Source: Eledone cirrhosa (lineage: Eukaryota). Taken from it: a stretch of DNA of 64,000 bases. The translations under genes were made by a program, and so were the position numbers. Shown here in pieces: positions 36,881-50,900 of this stretch (the first letter of the stretch is position 1; each line of letters opens with the position of its first letter). Location of the stretch: assembly GCA_964016885.1 (NCBI GenBank), contig OZ024740.1, positions 45,260,001 to 45,324,000 of the forward strand, given 5' to 3'. Below the pieces are notes generated by a model. That model searched no databases. It was not told the origin of the DNA and saw nothing but the letters and a program-made list of their open reading frames with translations.

Positions 36881-39800
36881 AAGTCAAAGAATAAAAGAAA
36901 ACAGAAGATTTTTCACATTCACAGACTAAGTCTCACTGATAGAAAATAATGAAATATTTTCAATTCACCTTCATTCATATGACCTTGCTTCTGTATGCAA
37001 TGTGATATCCATGGCTCATATAAATGGAATTTGTTTAATGTTTTCTGTCTACATTATTATTATCATCGAATACCTTCTTTCTGTTTTCAAATTATCACTG
37101 CAGATTGTAATCTCCGCTATATCAGTTCACTTAAAACAGGCGTTGTTGTATCATTGGAAAAACTTTTAATCAAATTTTATCTGCTATCAGTCTGTATCAT
37201 ATCTATAGTCGAATGCCGTCCTTCACTGACTTTTTTTCCTATTAACTTGAAATAAAAATGTGTTGGATTTGGTGGATTTTGCATTGGATAAAATAGCATT
37301 GTGATATTTGCTCTGGTTCTTTACTGGTTCAAACCCCACCAAGGTCAACTTTGCTTTTCATTCTTCTGGGGTCTATAAAATATAGTACCAGTTAAGAGCT
37401 GGGGTTGATTTAATTAACTTTGCTCTTTTAAATTTAATTGCCTTTTGTCTAAATTAGAAATCAATATTACATATGTTATGATGACATTTTGCAGAGATAT
37501 TTATTGAAGGTGTAGATTACGACTGTATGTATAGACTGGTAACTCTTGGTCGAATCGTAGGGTTGCTGTGGTGATATACAGCGTGTCTTGGGCATTTTAA
37601 ACCTGGCGGAGACTATCCCTCTCCAAATTTGCACATGACTAATTTCTTCCATTGAAAGAGAGAGTAAGTGACAAAGAAATATAGAGAAAAAACAAACTCC
37701 AGTATTGGACTGGTACTTTTTATAAATGTCAAACATTCCCAGCCCCTCGATAATTCACAACCCTTAAAAAAACATTTCTTTGCATTTCCAGTGACCTTTT
37801 CTCTTCAATGGGCTCTCACACTCTTCTTCTTCTTCTTCTTCTTCTTCTTCTTCTTCCACTTATTCCTGAGAGGGCCGAGGGCAGAGTCCTCAAACACTCC
37901 ATCCAGCGGGTCCTGTCAGAAGCAACCGTCTGCAACTAATCCGGCTGGATCGCCAAGCGAGTCCACCCCGGGCGACATTTTTATAGGGGTTGGCACTTTT
38001 GGATCTGCTGTAGGCTATAAGCGTTCTTTTAATGCTGCAGCATAATATAATTGTACAGAGACTAGTTAGTATATCTATATATATAACTTTAAGAGTGAGT
38101 CACTGAGCAATATGTTTTTTTGTAGGGGCCCAGGGGCGGAAAACTGATGGCTGCCCCGGGTTGCACACACTTTAGCTATGTCACTTCTCGGGATCTACTC
38201 CTGGGCCTCCTGTCGGTTGGTTTTGCCCGCAAAATCTGTCTAGCAATTCTTTCCTGAGACATTCTAACCACATGCCTATAGTATCAGAGCTACGATCTCT
38301 CAATTCGGGGAAGTAGCAGCTCTACCTGGTGTGACTCTGATCTCCGAGCTACGAACTCTCTCGAGTAATGTTACTCCAAAGACTCTTCGGAGGAACCCCA
38401 TTTCTGCCGCTTGTATTCACGATCGTATGCTTTCGGTTATTACCCAATATTAATGACCATAGGTAAGGGTTTGCACGAATACCGAATTGAAGATAAAGAT
38501 TTTTTTTCTAATGACCATATTTTGCTTCGTCTGTTTCCTCTGTAAGACTTTCATCTATATCTCGACTGATTAAACAGATAACAATCAATTTGCTCTGAAC
38601 TCAGTAACAACATACATTCCTCAAGAACATACACCAACCTATAGCTATTCTCGTTCTGTTCAATTTACATTCTTCAGCAATTTTCACGAAATCAGTCAGT
38701 ATCAGTGTTCCAAAAATATATCGCATCACAGTTACAGACACTGCCTAGTCACTCTCGCAGTTAAAAATGCAATAAACCAGTGATTGGCCCGTATAAAATC
38801 TGTGGAACCAACATAACGCTAGCTGTGTACGCTAATTGCGATATAAAGAAAATATCTCATATTTTCCCCCATCTGCTTCATTAGGGCTAACTCGAGGCTA
38901 AACAATAGCAACACAAAAGCAATAGGCAATATTTAAAAAAAATGTTTTACATAAAGCACATCATAATCTGATTTAACATGTTAGAAACTACAAACAGTTA
39001 TTGCCCCAGCCAGTGAATTTTAACTATGTGATAACATGATAAAAGATATAAAATTCACAAGCAAAACTATTGAGAATGCTGGAATGAAACGATGAGTGGG
39101 TGGTACTGCAATTAATATACCTTTTCAAAGCGTATTAATTGCAACAGATGTGAGGAACTGTTTGTTTGTATCGTACTTGCTGCAATACCCAGCGGCTTAC
39201 CCAGGTTTATTAATACCTAAAATAAAATAGAAACACGTGAATTCACTACATTTCGGATATATTACGAAGAAAATGTGAAATGGTAGAAGAAAGGAAATAA
39301 TGAAATCCATTTTATGGAAACTTAGGAAATTTCGCTGGCTACCACAATGTTACCAGAACAATTTCATAAACTCCAGCGTCCCCTGTTATAACATATAATT
39401 GAGTGTGCATATATTCTAATATATGTATGATTTAATGGAGACAGATTTAATGGGGACAAAGGGAGAAATTGCCCAGGCCCCATGTAGTGGGGGGGGGGGG
39501 GACACCAGCAATGGCCGTAGCAATTTATTTGTGCTCTCTTCTGGGCTTTTTAGTTTTAGGGTGGTGAGAATTTTTAAATTTAATACCTGTATGTACAACT
39601 TTTCAATTCTTGCACTAAACTAATTTTGATATGTAAAATTGGAGGATTTGCTGTGTATTCTAATATTTGTGTATGAGGGGGTTCCCAAACCTGAAGTGCT
39701 CCGGGATCCCAAGGTCTAAATCCAACCCTGTGTATGTAAGATGATGAACTGGTAGAGCGTCTGATAAAATGTCATTGCGATATTTGTTTTGGCTTTTTAC

Positions 39801-41017
39801 ATTCTGAGTACATATCTCGCCGTCATCAACTTTGCCTTTCAAACTTCCAGGGTTGATAAAATAAAGTTCCTGTCAAGTACTGGATTGATTTATTCAACTT
39901 TGCCTTTCCTCCAATTTGCTGGCCTAGTGCACATTTGTGAGGTGGTGAGTTCGTTCCCGGATTGGGTGGTGCCGTGTGTCCTTGAGCAAGAAACTTATAT
40001 TTCAGTTTATTTAACTGAAAAAATGAGTTGTGATGTCACTGGTGCCAAACTCTATTGGCCTTTGTCTTCTCCTGGACATATATAGGGTATATATACTGTA
40101 CATAGTGCATATATAATGTATAAGATAGCCAAATAGTTTATTTATCGATATCGAAATGATGAAAGGCAAAGTTGACCTCGGCGGGATTTGAACACAGAGA
40201 GCAGAGAGCCGGAAGGAATACCGCTAAGCAATCTATCCGACATTCTAACAACTCTGACAATTCTCCTCCTAGTATTTAATGATATCGTCTACGAATTCAA
40301 AAAATCCAGTTTTTTAAATTTTTCCAAAGAACATGTCTGGATTAAGCTGAAATTTTCATCACGGCCCCTGCCTGAAAGTTACATTGCGGCCCTTGTTTGA
40401 AATGTTCATTGTAGCCCCTACCTGAAAATTACATTGGGACTCCTGTCTGAAAATTTCATCAGGGTTCCTGCCTGAAAATGTCATTACAGCCCTTACGTAT
40501 TATGTAAAGTATAAAAAAAAATTAAGTTGAGTCCCTAGTTGCAGCCCGCGCACCCCATCTTTAATCCGCTACTGCCGAAGTACTAAATCTTCTCCTCTCT
40601 ACGTAAACCGACCCGTATACCAAACCAAAATAAACCAGTATTTAATGTATACTATCTACGAATTCGAAAGAAGGCAGTCTATAAAACGTACCAAAGTACC
40701 ACGATACCAAAGTGAAATTAAATCTCTACAAATTAGGAAACGTTGCGAATACATAGAGCAAAGCTATCTGCTGGAAAAGCATACGCTATAGTTTTACAAG
40801 AATAGGTAGCAGCAGGTGGAAAAAGTAAATAACACCACAAAAAATAATAAATAAATAAAATAATTGTTAACTTTCTTTACTACATACAACCCAGCTAAGT
40901 CGAACAGTTAGTTGCTGCCAACGCAACGAAACTGATACACATCTAGAGTTCTTCACAACGTTATGAAATATATTCACAGAGAATATTCTCGACTCCATCC
41001 TTATTCCACTGTTGATG

Positions 41018-41055
<38 letters not shown>

Positions 41056-41247
41056 AGTTTATTAATAGTACATTTTGAATTGACAAAAACCGTTTATTTT
41101 AGAAAAAGAAGATTGAGAAAATGTGTAATTTGTCCCTTTATTTAATGTACGAAATATTTCAATTAATTCTATTATGTACATAGCAAGAACCCCGAAGGTG
41201 TTTGGGGGAGGCTGCGAGAGGAGTAATGAAAAGAAGCGCTTTCTCTT

Positions 41248-41287
<40 letters not shown>

Positions 41288-41301
41288 ATATGTATATATA
41301 G

Positions 41302-41515
41302 GTTTCTTATATAGGCACAAGGCCAGTGATTTGGGGGGAGGGGAAAGTCGATTAAATCGACCCCAGTACGTGACTGGTACTTTAGTTTATCGACCCCGTA
41401 AGGATGAAAGGCAAAGTTAACCTCGGCGGGATTTGAACTCAGATCATAAAGGGCCGTAACTCTTTGCTGCAAAGCATGGCGTCCGACTCTCTACCGATAC
41501 TGCCAATCCACCGCC
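41302..41515 (-). mobile_element. tRNA-derived SINE (same family as 10831-11014)
   Basis: Near-identical head ggcggtggattggcagtatcggtagag and B box. More decayed copies at ~2125-2235, 37260-37460, 39740-39940, 40130-40260, 58810-58980 and 59380-59605. Confidence 0.88.
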
Positions 41516-41617
41516 CTCGTTGATATATGTATATATAATCGGTGAAATCCAGATGGGTATCGGGAGGTAACTACAGTTAAAAAGGATACTCAATGCTGCG
41601 TTGGTAGAGCATAGGTA

Positions 41618-41745
41618 TTTTTATTTTATAAGAAAGTACTTCTGCAGGACTAGAACTGTTTCATTCGTATGGAATCATCAGGAAAGGACATTCTTGATGA
41701 TTTGATACGAATGAAACAGTTCTAGTCCTGTAGAAGTTGTTTCTA
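41618..41745. mobile_element. Small fold-back with degenerate hammerhead
   Basis: Arms acttctgcaggactagaactgtttcattcgtat / atacgaatgaaacagttctagtcctgtagaagt; (C/T)TGATGA..GAAA in both orientations. Confidence 0.6.
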
Positions 41746-41766
41746 TTTAATACACACACACATATA

Positions 41767-41820
<54 letters not shown>

Positions 41821-41826
41821 TATATA

Positions 41827-41994
41827 CCATATTTCCCGGCGCCGAAGACGCTTCGTCCTCGAGAACGCACCCTAAATTTGACAACCAAAAATTTGAAAAA
41901 AAATTATAAACAACCTTCGGCCTCCAGGACACGTGTTAGATTTTTTAGACTTATTTTAGGAAAAAAGTAGCGTCTTCGACGCCGGGAAATACGG
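41827..41994. mobile_element. Tc1/mariner (Tc2-like) MITE
   Basis: TIRs cc(a/g)tatttcccggcg(c/t)cgaagacgct, TA TSD. Solo TIR remnants at ~46213 and ~47127. Confidence 0.8.
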
Positions 41995-42484
41995 TATATG
42001 TATATATATATCCATGTTAAACCCTGCACGTGCACACACATATATCTATATATATATGCGCACACAGAATTCACCACTGTCGGTTGCGGGGCCCAATCTA
42101 CATGAAGAACTCAATGTGATCAGAATGACTTGTATTTTAATTTCACTGTCCCAACTTCTTATATTATGGAAAAAATATATGTGTCTGTATGTATATATAT
42201 ATATATATTTGGAGGCCATTTCTCTGTGTGTGGGTGTATGTATGTGTATATGTGTGTGTGTGTGTATGTGTGTGCATGTGGATGTATGTATTGTGTGTGC
42301 GTGTGTGTGTGTGTGTAGGTATGTGTGTATCTGGATGTATGCGTATGTGTATATATATATATATATATGCGTGTGTGTGTGTGTGTGTATATATATGTGT
42401 GTGTATGTGTATATATATGTGTGTGTGTGTGTATGTTTGTATGTGTGTATGTATATATGTGTGTGTGTGTGTATGTATGTGTGG

Positions 42485-42570
<86 letters not shown>

Positions 42571-43118
42571 ATGTATGTGTGTATCTGGATGTATGTGTGT
42601 ATATATATGTGTGTGTGTGTGTGTGTATATATTATATATATATATATGTGTGTGTATGTGTATGTGTATATATGTGTATGTGTGTATGTATATGTATGTG
42701 TGTGTGTATGTATGTGTGTATATGTATATATATATATATATATATATGTATATGTATATGTATATGTATGTATGTGTGGATGAAGGTATATGTGTGTGTA
42801 TATATAGGTGTAAGTGCACTAAATCCCTTTCTATCACGCTCCACTCTCCTACCCACCACAGGAAGATATGTGTATGTATATTGCTTCCACCCCTCACTGA
42901 CCAGCAGCTGGCCAGTTGGCGATTGCTAAATCTGACCTTTATAAAATAACCCACACCCCAAATAACTTCTCATTCACTACCAGAAAGGGACACAGCAGTC
43001 AACCTGTTGTTGCTACCTAGATGAAAACTGCTATGAAATCCCACAATGTATTTTATACATGAATTTTCAAATCTCAAATTTTAACTCTTCGTATTATTAA
43101 TTTTTCTTAATATTAATC

Positions 43119-43166
43119 AACATTTGAAAAGATGGCTTTTGCAGACCCATCGAAACCGGTCATTTT
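43119..43166 (+). ncRNA. Probable U3-A8 hammerhead
   Basis: aacat TTGAAAA gatgg..ccatc GAAA ccgg TC atttt. The downstream terminus is the reverse complement of 19850-19988. Confidence 0.65.
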
Positions 43167-43335
43167 TTATACCCTTTATTATTTCCTTACCTTATAAAAT
43201 TATGTTTTTTCACAAAAAAGTATTCTGTCTCTTATATATTCCATGTGCCATTACCAACCTCAATTTTCTCTATAACCTTCGTTTTGTGTAGAAAATTACA
43301 CTTTTCATATATATATATATATATATATATAAGCG

Positions 43336-43965
43336 GAAAAAATGAAACGAAATTTCATTTCTCACTCTTAATACGGCTGTTACTTAAATATAAGTATGTA
43401 TACGTACATACATATATGTATACAGACGTACAGTAGTATGTATATATATATACATACATGCACACATATATATATATGTACGTATGGATTCACCGAACAT
43501 TTATTATAATGCTCGGTGTGTTTGTAAACAAACATCCCGTATTAAGCCGTACAGTGTCTAGCAACCATCGTTGCTCATTTGTTCACCGAGCATTATAATA
43601 AATGTTCGGTGAATCCATACGTACATATATATATGTGTGCATGTATGTATATATATATATACTTACTACTGTACGTCTGTATACATATATGTATGTACGT
43701 ATACGTACTTATATTTAAGTAACAGCCGTACTAAGAGTGAGAAATGAAATTTCGTTTCATTTTTTCTGTTTATCGTTTTCGGTACCCCGGCCGATTAACT
43801 CACTCGATATGCAAATTAGGCTGCTCAGCCGTTAATATGCATAAGGAAAGTTTATACTTTCAGACGTTCAATCATCTGGCAGGAAGGTATACGTTGCTGA
43901 CAATAGCTAATAAGCTTGAAACTAGTACAGCTTTCCTTTGTCATATGCAACCTTCTACATATATA
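43336..43965. mobile_element. Fold-back element (no clear hammerhead)
   Basis: Arms ~43336-43518 and ~43584-43766 are inverted; (TA)n flanks. Confidence 0.75.
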
Positions 43966-43974
43966 TATATATAT

Positions 43975-45470
43975 TAAAATACAAATATTAATAAAATAGA
44001 TGTTCTTTTGATCAATTACATTTTATTGTACATATTTCGGATGTACAACAGTACGTCCTCATCAGACAAAATATAATGATACATGACATACCCTGAGATG
44101 TTAAATGGTTAAGATTTAATCAAGGTAGTGATTAACCTAAGAGAAAATTTAACATTTATACCCTAATAATGAGAAAATGCGAAAACGTAATAAATTCAAT
44201 AGAGAATGTGTGAGTAAGAAAAACGTTGCTTAATGTAACAGTTATAGAGATTTTAAAATGTATGATACTACAATTTATGTTTATCTAGGAAAACATCTCA
44301 TGAATTATAACAGTCAATGAGAGCCACTGGAATAGGATTTATAGAGAGGGAAAGATAAGGGGGGTAATATATGCAGAAGGAGATTTTTTCCGAAAGTTAA
44401 ACGGTTAAGTTTGAAAATATTTAATTTATGCTATTTTAGGGTGAAGAATCAAGATTTTAGGTGTTTTTTTAAATTGCTGGTTATTTATATTTATTAGTTT
44501 TGTAAATTCTATAAGTGTGTTAACATTTCTAAACTTCTGAATTTTATGAGGATAACATTTAAAGGATTTAGCTGGCCAGCGAAAAGGAAGGTTTACACTG
44601 TTGAATATTTTCCTAAATGTAAACTTTAACGAAGATAATCAATGTCAACATATTCGTTATGTAAAGCTTATGAAGTACTTATTGTTAGAAATATTTAAAT
44701 AACGATTATGTATATAGATATATATTAATGGGCCAGTATATTTTAGGTAAATGATAACGAAAATAAAAATAAAATAATAGATTGAGGCATGCTAAAGTTA
44801 AATAGATACCTATATATAACAGGGAGTAAATGCATTAATTATTTATAGTTCAAAATAAATAATAATCAAGAAATTTACAAGTTAACTAAAAATTATGTAT
44901 AGAAAGATACAGGGAGGTATATATGGATATATATATTAGGTATTAGTGATACAGTATACTTTAGGTAAATGATAACGGTTATAATTTTATATAATAAAGT
45001 TCGACGGGTTATAGTTAAATACATATATATATAAGAAAAACAATAATAAATGCATGGATAATTCAGAGTTCAAAATAAGGTCTATAATAATTTATAGTTT
45101 GGATATTTGCTCTATATTTGAATCATGGATATAAAAATGCAGTAGGTATATTTAAAAACATAGAAAATATAATTACATACATATTATAAATAAGAGATCA
45201 AAAACACATGAAAGATTCAAAGTTCCGTAAATATGTATGGGTTGGATATTAAACTAAAATTTAAAACTTAGATAGGAAGATAAAGATAGAGAAATAAAGA
45301 AATAATGGTATGGATCAAAGTTAATAATATTATGTTATGTATATCAATGTTCCGGCATGTTATTGAACAAGTGTCTTTCATTCGAAAATTATTTTCCATA
45401 GAGTGCTTCCAATCTACTGTAAAACTCATTCTTTGATATAATCATTGAATCTTGTTTAACTCTTTAATAT
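43975..45470 (-). mobile_element. Probable further PLE 3' region with degenerate hammerhead at ~44021-44071
   Basis: Minus strand ttttgt CTGATGA ggacgtac tgtt gtacatcc GAAA tatgtacaa; long AT-rich UTR-like body between TA runs. Confidence 0.5.
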
Positions 45471-46063
45471 ATATATATAGTATTAAGGGTACTATTTATG
45501 GTTATGTATGCAATAAAACCTTTGATGGTAATATATTATATATACACAAACCCTAAATAGTGAGAGATAGTCTTTAATTACTATCCTATTACCAGTAAGA
45601 TAAATAGCTCAATGTAATAACATGTTGAAGGTTTTTGATATTTTGGTGTTTCCCCGCATCCGAGACTGTATATCATACAGATGTATGAGAATAAATAACT
45701 TAATAATTCAGCATATATTATAAGATCAATTGCCTGCTTCAACTGCATGACACTGCAAATATCATTCTGACGCACTCTAATCATGTATAGATAAGACAAG
45801 CGTGCATGCTACACGGGAGATTGCTTCATGCACTGACTACTCTAAGCTTTCCTCTTGCTTTATCTTCATAGACTGCCAATGCTTCATGTTTATCTTTATT
45901 TTCACTCTTGCTTTTATTTTATTTTATTTTTATCATGTAACACTTTATATGTAAATTGCCATGCTATTTCATTTGATGAATGTCACCCCACTGTTGATCA
46001 ATATGCACATATGTTTTATGGGTCTCTTGGGTTGAAAAGGAGGTCAAGTATGTTATAAATAAC

Positions 46064-46110
46064 TGCTCCGAAGAATCCAAACCTCGGTTTGGAGGAAACA
46101 ATTGTAAGCA
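46064..46110 (+). ncRNA. Type I hammerhead, U4C core variant
   Basis: tgct CCGAAGA a tccaaac ctcg gtttgga g GAAA caattg TA agca. Confidence 0.75.
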
Positions 46111-46145
46111 AATAAATGACTTAAACTGAACTTTGATTACTGTAA

Positions 46146-46214
<69 letters not shown>

Positions 46215-46258
46215 GGCGCCGGGAAATGTGTGTGTATATATATATGTGTGTGTGTGTG

Positions 46259-46679
46259 TGTAGGAGGTGAGTTTTATTGTAGAACAATAAAACTATGCAT
46301 ATATCGGATAAGTAGCACTCAACAGTTTCTTGGACTGGAGTATATATAAGAAGAAATTAAAAGATGGTTAAAAAAGTTCCACATATTTTATTATGCGCAT
46401 TTAAAAAACAAATATCATCCTGGGACGATAGTTGCGTTCTCATCAGATAAATAAGGTAACATGATATGATGCCTAAAAAACACTTGTGAACAAGGAGGTG
46501 TCCAGTCAACATGTGATATGTTGACTGGACACTTCCTTGTTCACAAGTGCTTTTTAGGCATCATATCATGTTACCTTATTTATCTGATGAGAACGCAACT
46601 ATCGTCCCAGGATGATATTTGTTTTTTAAATGCGCATAATAAAATATATGGAACTTTTTTAACCATCTTTTAATTTCTT

Positions 46680-46686
<7 letters not shown>
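46259..46686. mobile_element. Family D subfamily fold-back, hammerhead with GAAA>TAAA in both arms
   Basis: Arms ~46343-46513 and ~46517-46686; CTGATGA gaac..tttt TAAA tgcgca TA. Confidence 0.85.
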
Positions 46687-46748
<62 letters not shown>

Positions 46749-47046
46749 AGGACAATGAAGGAATTTAGGTATATTATATCTTTTTATTTATATCTAATGT
46801 TTCTTCTTTCTTTATAATGTATTATATATATATAACCAAAATTAAATTAAGGATATCATATCTGAGAAACATGCGCCATAACCTCTGTAGAATATGCTCA
46901 AAGATTTTAAGGGATAGATCCGACCCTTTATAAGCATTCAATTATTTAAAGTTCTCGTTAAATTTTAATTAGTTACCTACGTGCTATGTGTGCTTACACT
47001 CTTATATATATACATATATATATGTCAATCGATTTTTAATTGAATG

Positions 47047-47088
<42 letters not shown>

Positions 47089-47729
47089 CATTCAATTAAA
47101 AATCGATTGACATATATATATATATATTCGGCGACGGGAAATACGGTATATGTGTGTGTATATATATATGTGTGTGTATATATATATACAGTGGCGGACT
47201 GGGTCTAAAAATATTGGTTGCCAGGTGAAGGGGGCCCACCTACATATAGAATGCTATCATTTAATTTTTATAATGAATAAATAACATTGTCAAAAAATAA
47301 ATAAGTGGGAACAAAACAGTGCAATCAAATTTTTGCAGAAAAATATCTTACTTTCTCCAATGAAAAATATTATGTATTTTGCGAAATCCAGAGACTCTCA
47401 ATAATGACCTTTGGTCTTTCACACACACTCATTTTATATAAGTATATATATCTATGGACTTACTTTTTATATATTGCTCTGATTATTAATTATTTTATTA
47501 ATTCTTCATTGAGCCACACCGTGAATGGTTGCCAAAAACATATATATATATCTATGACTCTGTCTAGTTTATATGTATATACCCTTTAAATTTTATATAC
47601 TGCCGTAAGGTTGAGTAAAACTTTAGGCAGTATTCGACTTCCTTGACCACTAGCCACGTGATGATTCTTAACCATTTTGAATTCGTTTCTGGCGGGGATC
47701 ATGTAAGAAAAATATTTGTCCAATTGAGT

Positions 47730-47809
47730 TATCTCCTGATGATTTCCAAACCTCGTTGATTTATCCTAGATCGGATATATCCCAAAATGGAATGAAATCG
47801 CCGGGGGTA
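47730..47809 (+). ncRNA. Degenerate type I hammerhead
   Basis: tatctc CTGATGA t ttcca..tggaa t GAAA tcgcc gggggta. The downstream sequence is related (inverted) to the fold-back at ~50090-50470. Confidence 0.5.
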
Positions 47810-48107
47810 GAGATATTTTGATGATTTTGGTAAGGATTATGTACATTGTTTCTTCTAACTTTGATTTTATACCTAATTATGTATGGTTAACTATATGTCT
47901 AGTCAATTTCTGCAGGCTATTAGAAATACTAGATAAATTCTTTGTAGCTATGAGTCGCGGATAAGAAGCTATATCATTTATCTATTGTTTCTTCATAAGT
48001 ATATTTTAAACTTATAGCCTCGTTTAAATGATTTTTTTGTGTGGTTGATTTATGCTGATTGGGAGAAGAAATATTGTATATATTTTATCTAATGATTCTA
48101 TGGACTT

Positions 48108-49269
<1,162 letters not shown>

Positions 49270-49880
49270 TTAGAAAAGGGAAGTAATGTTCTATACAAAA
49301 CAGTGGATATAGAAAAGGTGAAGTTGGAAATATCACGGAAAATATATTTTAGGGTCTGTTTTACTTTTTTTTTCTTTTCTTTGATTCGTCAAAGTGACAT
49401 TATTGAAAAGATGACATTATTGAAAAAATGAGAGGGACAATTCTTTTTTTTTTAAGTTTTATAAAGTATATAAAGTATATAAAGTATTACCGGTTTTGAT
49501 GTATTATTAAAATTCCTCTTATCAAATGTTTACATGAATGTATATTAGGCTTCTACATAAACTGGAAATATTCTCCCAATTTGTAGAAAACTTATAATGA
49601 AACAATTGTTTGGAAAGAGAGATGTATTTTAACTTTAATTATATCTCATAAAATAATACAACTTTTGAATAATAATAATACAATTTTTGAAAACATTAGA
49701 AATGCGCAACCGGTAAAAACTTAAAACTAAAACTGAATACTAAATACTAACCAATACTTGTTACTAATTTATACTTATTCCTAATTAAACTATTTTTCAC
49801 TAGGAAAAATTTGTCAGCATTTTCTTTTCCTTTTACTAATATATCACAACTCGTGTGTTACACCTCTATTTTTTTAATTT

Positions 49881-49971
<91 letters not shown>

Positions 49972-50487
49972 TTCAAAGGGATATATGTATATAATTAGAC
50001 ATAGTCACAGATACATATATGAGTTTGGCTACCTTTCACGGTGTGGCTCAATGAAGAATTAATTAAGCAAATAATCATTAATCAGAGCTATATATAAAAT
50101 TACAAGTTTGAAGAATTATTAGATAAAATATATCCAGTATTTCCTCTCCCTAGTCCGTATAAATCAACCACATAAATAATCATTTAAATGAGGCTATAAG
50201 TTTAAAATGTAACTATGAAGAAATAATAGACAAATGATACAGACTATCTTCCGCGAGGGACAGTCAGATAAAATTTAACTAGTCATTCCTTTTAGCCCGT
50301 AGAAATTGACTAGCCAAATAATCAACTACACAGAGTTAGGTATAAAATAGAAGATTGAAGAAAAAATGCATATAAACTTGACCAAAATTCCTCTAGTCTC
50401 GACTACCGGACTAGGGAGAGGAAATACTGTATATATTTTATCTAATAATTCTTCAAACTTGCAATTTTATATATATATATATATATA

Positions 50488-50737
50488 TAACGAAGGAAAT
50501 GTGGTAAGGAACCAGGTGGACCATAACGCACCAAAGTACTCAATACTTAGGGTAGTAGAGTGGGTAATAGGAACGAGTAGGACCCCGACGGCTGAGCTCA
50601 AGCCGTTTCGACGGCTAATTCTGGACTAAAAAAAATAAATAAATAAATAAAAATCTTTTTTTTTTTTTTTTTTTTTTAGTCCAGAATTAGCCTTCGAAAC
50701 GGCTTGAGCTCAGCCGTCGGGGTCCTACTCGTTCCTA
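50488..50737. mobile_element. Family A fold-back
   Basis: Inverted arms ~50567-50635 and ~50670-50737 with an A-rich/T-rich spacer. Confidence 0.85.
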
Positions 50738-50746
50738 TATATATAT

Positions 50747-50797
<51 letters not shown>

Positions 50798-50847
50798 TAT
50801 ATATATAATATATATATATATATAATATATATATATATATAATATAT

Positions 50848-50899
<52 letters not shown>

Positions 50900-50900
<1 letters not shown>

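Noticed and set aside
38118-40575. hAT-like MITE termini (38118-38186, 39440-40575, 47169)
   Set aside because: Only partial decayed TIR-like sequence is present, with no matched pair or 8-bp TSD that I could verify.
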